NCBI GenBank assembly: GCA_945918815.1
Contig: CAMEIU010000001.1
Span: 1-56,951 of the forward strand
From: an uncultured Clostridia bacterium
Lineage (GTDB): Bacteria > Bacillota > Clostridia > Oscillospirales > Oscillospiraceae
DNA length: 56,951 nucleotides
Direction of reading: 5' to 3'
Both the position numbers and the translations under genes were made by a program. A model generated the notes under the pieces. It ran no database searches and was not told the origin of the DNA. It saw nothing but the letters and a program-made list of their open reading frames with translations. Positions 52,950 to 56,951 of the stretch are shown in pieces; positions within the stretch are counted from its first letter, which is position 1; each line of letters begins with the position of its first letter.

Positions 52950-54229
52950 TGACGCGTTCGGAACAGCTGTTTGAGGCCGCCCAGAAGGTCATGCCCGGCG
53001 GCGTCAATTCGCCGGTGCGGGCCTGCCGCAGCGTGGGCACCTATCCCCGGTTTTTGCAGAAGAGCAAGGGCAGCCGCGTCTATGACGTGGACGGCAACGA
53101 ATATATCGATCTCATCGGCTCCTGGGGTCCCCTGATTCTGGGCCATTGCCGCCGGGAGGTGGAGGACGCGGTCCTGGCCGCCGTCAAGGACGGCCTCAGC
53201 TTCGGCGCGCCCACACCGTCGGAGGTGGAAATGGCGGAGCTGGTGTGCCAAATGACCGGCGTGGAGATGGTCCGCATGGTCAACTCCGGCACCGAGGCCG
53301 TCATGTCGGCCCTCCGTCTGGCCAGAGGCGCCACGGGCCGCAGCAAGCTGATCAAATTTGCGGGCTGCTATCACGGCCACTCTGATTCCATGCTGGTCAA
53401 GGCCGGTTCCGGCCTGATGACCGGCGGCCAGCCGGATTCCGCCGGCGTCCCTGCGGAGATGGCAGGGGACACCCTGACCGCTGCCTATAACGATGCCGCC
53501 AGTGTCCGCCGCCTGCTGGAAGCCAATCCGGGCCAGGTGGCCGCGGTGATCGTGGAGCCGGTGGCCGCCAACATGGGCGTGGTGCCGCCCAAGCCGGGCT
53601 TCTTGCAGGCATTGCGAGAACTCTGTGACGAATTCGGCGCGCTTCTGATTCTCGACGAGGTCATCACCGGCTTCCGCCTGGCTCGCGGCGGCGCCCAGGC
53701 ATACTACGGCGTCAAGGCCGACCTGGTGACCTACGGCAAGATCATCGGCGGCGGCATGCCCGTGGGCGCCTACGGCGGCAGCCGGAAGCTCATGGAGCAG
53801 GTGGCCCCCCTCGGCCCGGTGTATCAGGCCGGTACCCTTTCCGGCAACCCGGTGGCCATGGCCGCGGGCCTGGCTCAGCTCCGGATCCTGCAGAATGATC
53901 CGCAGATCTACGCCGAGCTGGACCGGAAGGGCGAAGTGCTGCAGAATGGCCTCCGGGAGATCTTCCGGGAGGCCGGGATCCCCGCCCAGGTGAACCGGGC
54001 AGGCTCCCTCCTGACGGTGTTCTTCACGGAGGAGCCGGTCACCGGCTACGCCCAGGCCCGTTCCTCGGACCTGGAACGGTACAAGCAGTGGTACAACGGG
54101 CTCCTGTCCCGTGGAATCTACACCGCCCCCAGCCAGTTTGAGGCCATGTTCCTCTGCGCCGCCCATACGGATCAGGAGATTCAGACCATCCTGGCCGCCG
54201 CCCGGGAGACCGTCCGGGATATGCAATAA
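52949..54229 (+). CDS. hemL: Glutamate-1-semialdehyde 2,1-aminomutase
   Basis: MPGGVNSPVRA...DEVITGFR...YGKIIGGG (PLP lysine). TAATG overlap with hemB. Confidence 0.93.
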   Translation: MTRSEQLFEAAQKVMPGGVNSPVRACRSVGTYPRFLQKSKGSRVYDVDGNEYIDLIGSWGPLILGHCRREVEDAVLAAVKDGLSFGAPTPSEVEMAELVCQMTGVEMVRMVNSGTEAVMSALRLARGATGRSKLIKFAGCYHGHSDSMLVKAGSGLMTGGQPDSAGVPAEMAGDTLTAAYNDAASVRRLLEANPGQVAAVIVEPVAANMGVVPPKPGFLQALRELCDEFGALLILDEVITGFRLARGGAQAYYGVKADLVTYGKIIGGGMPVGAYGGSRKLMEQVAPLGPVYQAGTLSGNPVAMAAGLAQLRILQNDPQIYAELDRKGEVLQNGLREIFREAGIPAQVNRAGSLLTVFFTEEPVTGYAQARSSDLERYKQWYNGLLSRGIYTAPSQFEAMFLCAAHTDQEIQTILAAARETVRDMQ

Positions 54230-54236
54230 AGTTCAG

Positions 54237-54270
54237 CCGCGCGCTCCCAACGAGCGCGCGGTTCCGATTC
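54237..54270 (+). terminator. GC-rich hairpin after hemL (weak T-tract)
   Basis: ccgcgcgctc-ccaac-gagcgcgcgg followed by ttccgattc. Confidence 0.45.
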
Positions 54271-54291
54271 ACGGGAAAAGGGCTGCGCAGG

Positions 54292-54487
54292 AAATTGGGA
54301 GTTGCAGATGTGTTGTATCGCCTATGTAGGGCGCGGGAAGGTGAATTGCCCGAAGGGCAAGAGAGGCTGGTCTGGACCACGACCCGACGCGCCGTTTGGC
54401 AGTTGATTTCAGGATGCAGCTGCCTGCCAGCGGCACGTCCAGTGGCCGTGCCCTACAGAAAGTCGTACCTCGTCCGCTCCCAATTTG
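54292..54487. repeat. Family-A element, long variant (reverse orientation), near-identical in its core to 23068-23262
   Basis: gaaattgggagttg...gtagggcgcgggaaggtgaattgcccgaagggcaagagaggctggtctggacc...gccgtttggcagttg...cggcacgtccagtggccgtgccctacag...ctcccaatttg. Confidence 0.88.
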
Positions 54488-54537
54488 CCTTATCGGAGGA
54501 AAATTTCAGAAAGCTCCCTCCGCTTTCCTAGAAAACA

Positions 54538-54566
54538 TTGACAAAGAAGGAAAAGACAACTACAAT
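54538..54566 (+). promoter_or_regulatory. Sigma-70-type promoter upstream of the S8 protease gene
   Basis: TTGACA, 17 nt spacer, TACAAT. Confidence 0.55.
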
Positions 54567-54584
54567 AATTAGTAACCTATTTCT

Positions 54585-54627
54585 AAAAAGGGGACGTGTC
54601 CCCTTTTGCACTGCATAGATGCAGTGC
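54585..54627 (+). other. Two leader hairpins; the first is terminator-like
   Basis: aaaaaggggac-gt-gtcccctttt (54585-54608), then gcactgcat-agat-gcagtgc (54608-54627), lying between the promoter and the RBS. Confidence 0.5.
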
Positions 54628-54699
54628 AATGAATGTTTGTCAAACAATGGAGCCGAACGTTTGCTCTCCGTTTGAAATAGATGAAAAGGAGAAGAAAGA

Positions 54700-56951
54700 A
54701 TGAAGAAGCATTTGCCAAAGCGTCTGCTTTCCCTGCTGCTTGCATTGGTTCTGTGCGTCGGTCTGGTCGTCCCGGCTGCCGCTGCGGAATCGGAAGAGAA
54801 TGCACAGCCGCAGGTCTCGTTTGAGAAAGTGGACAATAGCGAAGTGACTGCTGTGCTCGAGAGAGAACAAAAGCAGGAGCTGACGCAGGCGCCGGTTCCG
54901 GAAGAGCCGGCATATCAGGATACGGACATGGTCCGTGTCTCCATCGTCCTCTACGGGAAATCCACCCTGGAATGCGGCTATTCTACCGATGGAATCGCCG
55001 ACAATGATCGGGCCATGGCGTACCGTTCTGCCCTGGAGCAGAAGCAGGAGACCGTGGAGACCAGTCTGACCGCGATGCTGGGCGAGCTGGACGTGGTCTG
55101 GAATCTGACCCTGGCCGCCAATATCATTTCCGCCAATGTGCAGTACGGCCAGATTGCGGCCATCGAGAGCCATCCCAGCGTCAAGGAAGTGGTAATCGAG
55201 ACCTGCTACGCGCCCGCTGTGGTGGACGATGACCTGGGCTCCGATCCCAACATGGCCACCTCCGGTGTGCAGATCGGCCGCGGCACCGCCTATGACGCCG
55301 GTTACTACGGCGCAGGCTCCCGGATTGCCATCATCGATACCGGCACGGACGTGGAGCATATTTCCTTTAACGGCGCTGCGTTCGACTACGCCCTGAGCCA
55401 GTATGACACCGACTTCGACCTGCTGGACGCCGATGAGATCGGCTCTGTCCTGACGAAGCTGAATGCCTATAAGAGATGGTCCGCCAAATACGGCGAGGGC
55501 GCGTTGGCAGCGTCTGATCTGTATCTGACCTCCAAGCTGCCCTATGCGTTCAACTATGTGGACACCAACCTCAATGTGAGCCACCTGCGTGATGCCGGAT
55601 CGGAGCACGGCTCCCATGTGGCCGGTATTGCCACGGCCAACCGCTATGTGGCCGACAGCAGCAGCGAGAGCGGCTTTGCCAACGCGCTGGAGACCGTGCA
55701 TGTCCAGGGCGTGGCCCCGGATGCCCAGCTGATCACCATGAAGGTCTTCGGCCAGGGCGGCGGCGCCTATGACGCCGACTATATGGCTGCCATTGAGGAC
55801 GCCATCCTCCTGGGCGCGGATTCCATCAACCTGTCCCTGGGCTCCGCCACCGCCGGCTTTACCAGAAACGACGTTTACGCCGACCTGCTCAACCAGCTGT
55901 GCGAGAGCGACACCGTGGTGGTCATGTCCATGGGCAACAACTCCTATTGGGCGGAGACCAGCTTCCTGGGCTATCGAGTCGGTCTGGGCTACCTCTACGG
56001 CGACGATGTGAACTTTGCCACCGGCGGTTCCCCCGGCACCTACACCAACTCCCTGGCCGTGGCCTCTGTGGATAACGCGGGCTCCACCGGCGAGTATGTG
56101 GTGGTGGACGACCAGATGGTCTTCTATCTGGATGCGGGTGCATCCTACAGCGCCGTGCCCTTCTCCTCCCTGGCCGGTAAAACCATGGAGTACGTCCTGA
56201 TCGACGGCATCGGCACCGAAGCACAGTTTGCCGCCGTGGCAAGCAAAGTGGGGGGACTGGAAGGCAAGATCGCCGTCTGCTCCCGCGGCTCGAGCTCCTT
56301 CTATGAAAAGGCCAACGCCGCTGCTGCGAACGGCGCCGCTGCGACCATCATCTACAATAACACCCGCGGCTCCTTCGGCATGAACCTTTCGGGCTATGCG
56401 TACACTGTTCCCTGTGTTTCCGTCTCCAACACAGGCGGGCAGGCCCTGCGCGAGGTTGGCGAGGCCGGTACTGTAGCCGTGGAAGGAGCAGAGGAACTAC
56501 TGACTTACTATGTGGGCACGCTGACCGTTGGTCAAGGCATCGGCCATGGTTCCAACGGTGATCCGTCCTACTACATGAGCAGCTTCTCCTCCTGGGGCGC
56601 GCCCGGCGATCTGTCCATCAAGCCGGAGGTCACCGCGCCCGGCGGCAACATCTATTCCGTCAACGGTACGCACTATGACAGCTCCGTCAAAGATATTCTG
56701 GGCGGCACGGACGCCTATGAGAACATGTCCGGTACCTCCATGGCGGCCCCGCAGGTCACCGGTATGATGGCCCTGCTGGCCCAGTACATCAAGGAGAACG
56801 GTCTGAAGCAGGAGGGCCTGACGGTCCGCGCCCTGGCCCAGAGCCTGCTGATGTCCACGGCCGTGCCCATGATTGACGAGGATAGCAGCTATTATTATTC
56901 CGTCATGCAGCAGGGCGCCGGTCTGGCCAACATCGGCGAGGCCGTTTCCGC
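54700..56951 (+). CDS. Secreted S8 (subtilisin-family) serine peptidase with a PA-domain insertion; 3' end lies beyond the window
   Basis: Signal peptide MKKHLPKRLLSLLLALVLCVGLVVPAAAA. Catalytic D (IAIIDTGTD), H (HGSHVAGIA) and S (SGTSMAAPQVTG). PA-like segment KIAVCSRGSSSFYEKANAAAANGAAATIIYNN. This ORF is absent from the supplied track because it has no stop inside the window. Confidence 0.88.
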   Translation, partial: MKKHLPKRLLSLLLALVLCVGLVVPAAAAESEENAQPQVSFEKVDNSEVTAVLEREQKQELTQAPVPEEPAYQDTDMVRVSIVLYGKSTLECGYSTDGIADNDRAMAYRSALEQKQETVETSLTAMLGELDVVWNLTLAANIISANVQYGQIAAIESHPSVKEVVIETCYAPAVVDDDLGSDPNMATSGVQIGRGTAYDAGYYGAGSRIAIIDTGTDVEHISFNGAAFDYALSQYDTDFDLLDADEIGSVLTKLNAYKRWSAKYGEGALAASDLYLTSKLPYAFNYVDTNLNVSHLRDAGSEHGSHVAGIATANRYVADSSSESGFANALETVHVQGVAPDAQLITMKVFGQGGGAYDADYMAAIEDAILLGADSINLSLGSATAGFTRNDVYADLLNQLCESDTVVVMSMGNNSYWAETSFLGYRVGLGYLYGDDVNFATGGSPGTYTNSLAVASVDNAGSTGEYVVVDDQMVFYLDAGASYSAVPFSSLAGKTMEYVLIDGIGTEAQFAAVASKVGGLEGKIAVCSRGSSSFYEKANAAAANGAAATIIYNNTRGSFGMNLSGYAYTVPCVSVSNTGGQALREVGEAGTVAVEGAEELLTYYVGTLTVGQGIGHGSNGDPSYYMSSFSSWGAPGDLSIKPEVTAPGGNIYSVNGTHYDSSVKDILGGTDAYENMSGTSMAAPQVTGMMALLAQYIKENGLKQEGLTVRALAQSLLMSTAVPMIDEDSSYYYSVMQQGAGLANIGEAVS

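Noticed and set aside
1-56951. CRISPR array as the explanation for the many repeats
   Set aside because: The repeats are dispersed over the whole window, belong to several unrelated families, occur in both orientations and are not regularly spaced with unique spacers. No cas genes are present.
1-56951. Prophage, integrative element, toxin-antitoxin or defence island
   Set aside because: No integrase, recombinase, transposase, nuclease/helicase defence-type or small paired ORFs were recognisable. The gene content is core metabolism, translation and transport. Composition looks uniform by eye apart from the repeat-rich spacers.

Overview
Visibly GC-rich chromosomal segment. It is probably from a Firmicutes/Clostridia-type anaerobe; that is an inference from the GGAGG Shine-Dalgarno usage, the Prp-L27 processing module and the anaerobic cbi pathway. 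Gene content from left to right:
- marR and araC-type regulators
- a convergent arginine deiminase operon (arcA-arcB) ending in a LOR/SDH-type putative ornithine cyclodeaminase
- a tandem-glycine-riboswitch-controlled glycine cleavage operon whose T protein is fused in frame to a divergent SHMT-like domain
- a domain-permuted XdhC-like protein
- a frame-disrupted tcdA
- divergent rrf2 and cysK
- an orphan Sfp-type PPTase
- a TetR gene plus a fused MacB-type ABC transporter
- a DUF1538-like membrane protein plus a tandem PII-like protein
- a three-subunit molybdenum hydroxylase with divergent mocA
- rplU-prp-rpmA-obg
- a cobalamin-riboswitch-headed run of 22 genes (about 23 kb), all on the + strand, covering anaerobic cob/cbi and hem functions. 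It has several gene fusions, an embedded M42 peptidase and a truncated CobU paralogue.
- the 5' part of a secreted S8 protease.
I saw no phage, integrase, transposase, CRISPR or recognisable defence genes.

The strongest signal not explained by genes is in the intergenic gaps. Most gaps longer than about 50 bp contain modular palindromic repeats of at least five families. Some lie inside operons, and some supply stop codons or SD sequences to real genes.

I did not find a clear novel multi-gene system. The best candidates for follow-up are the GcvT-SHMT fusion, the DUF1538/PII-like pair, the arcA-arcB-OCD-like route and the repeat network. All functional calls come from motif recognition by eye; no database search was run.
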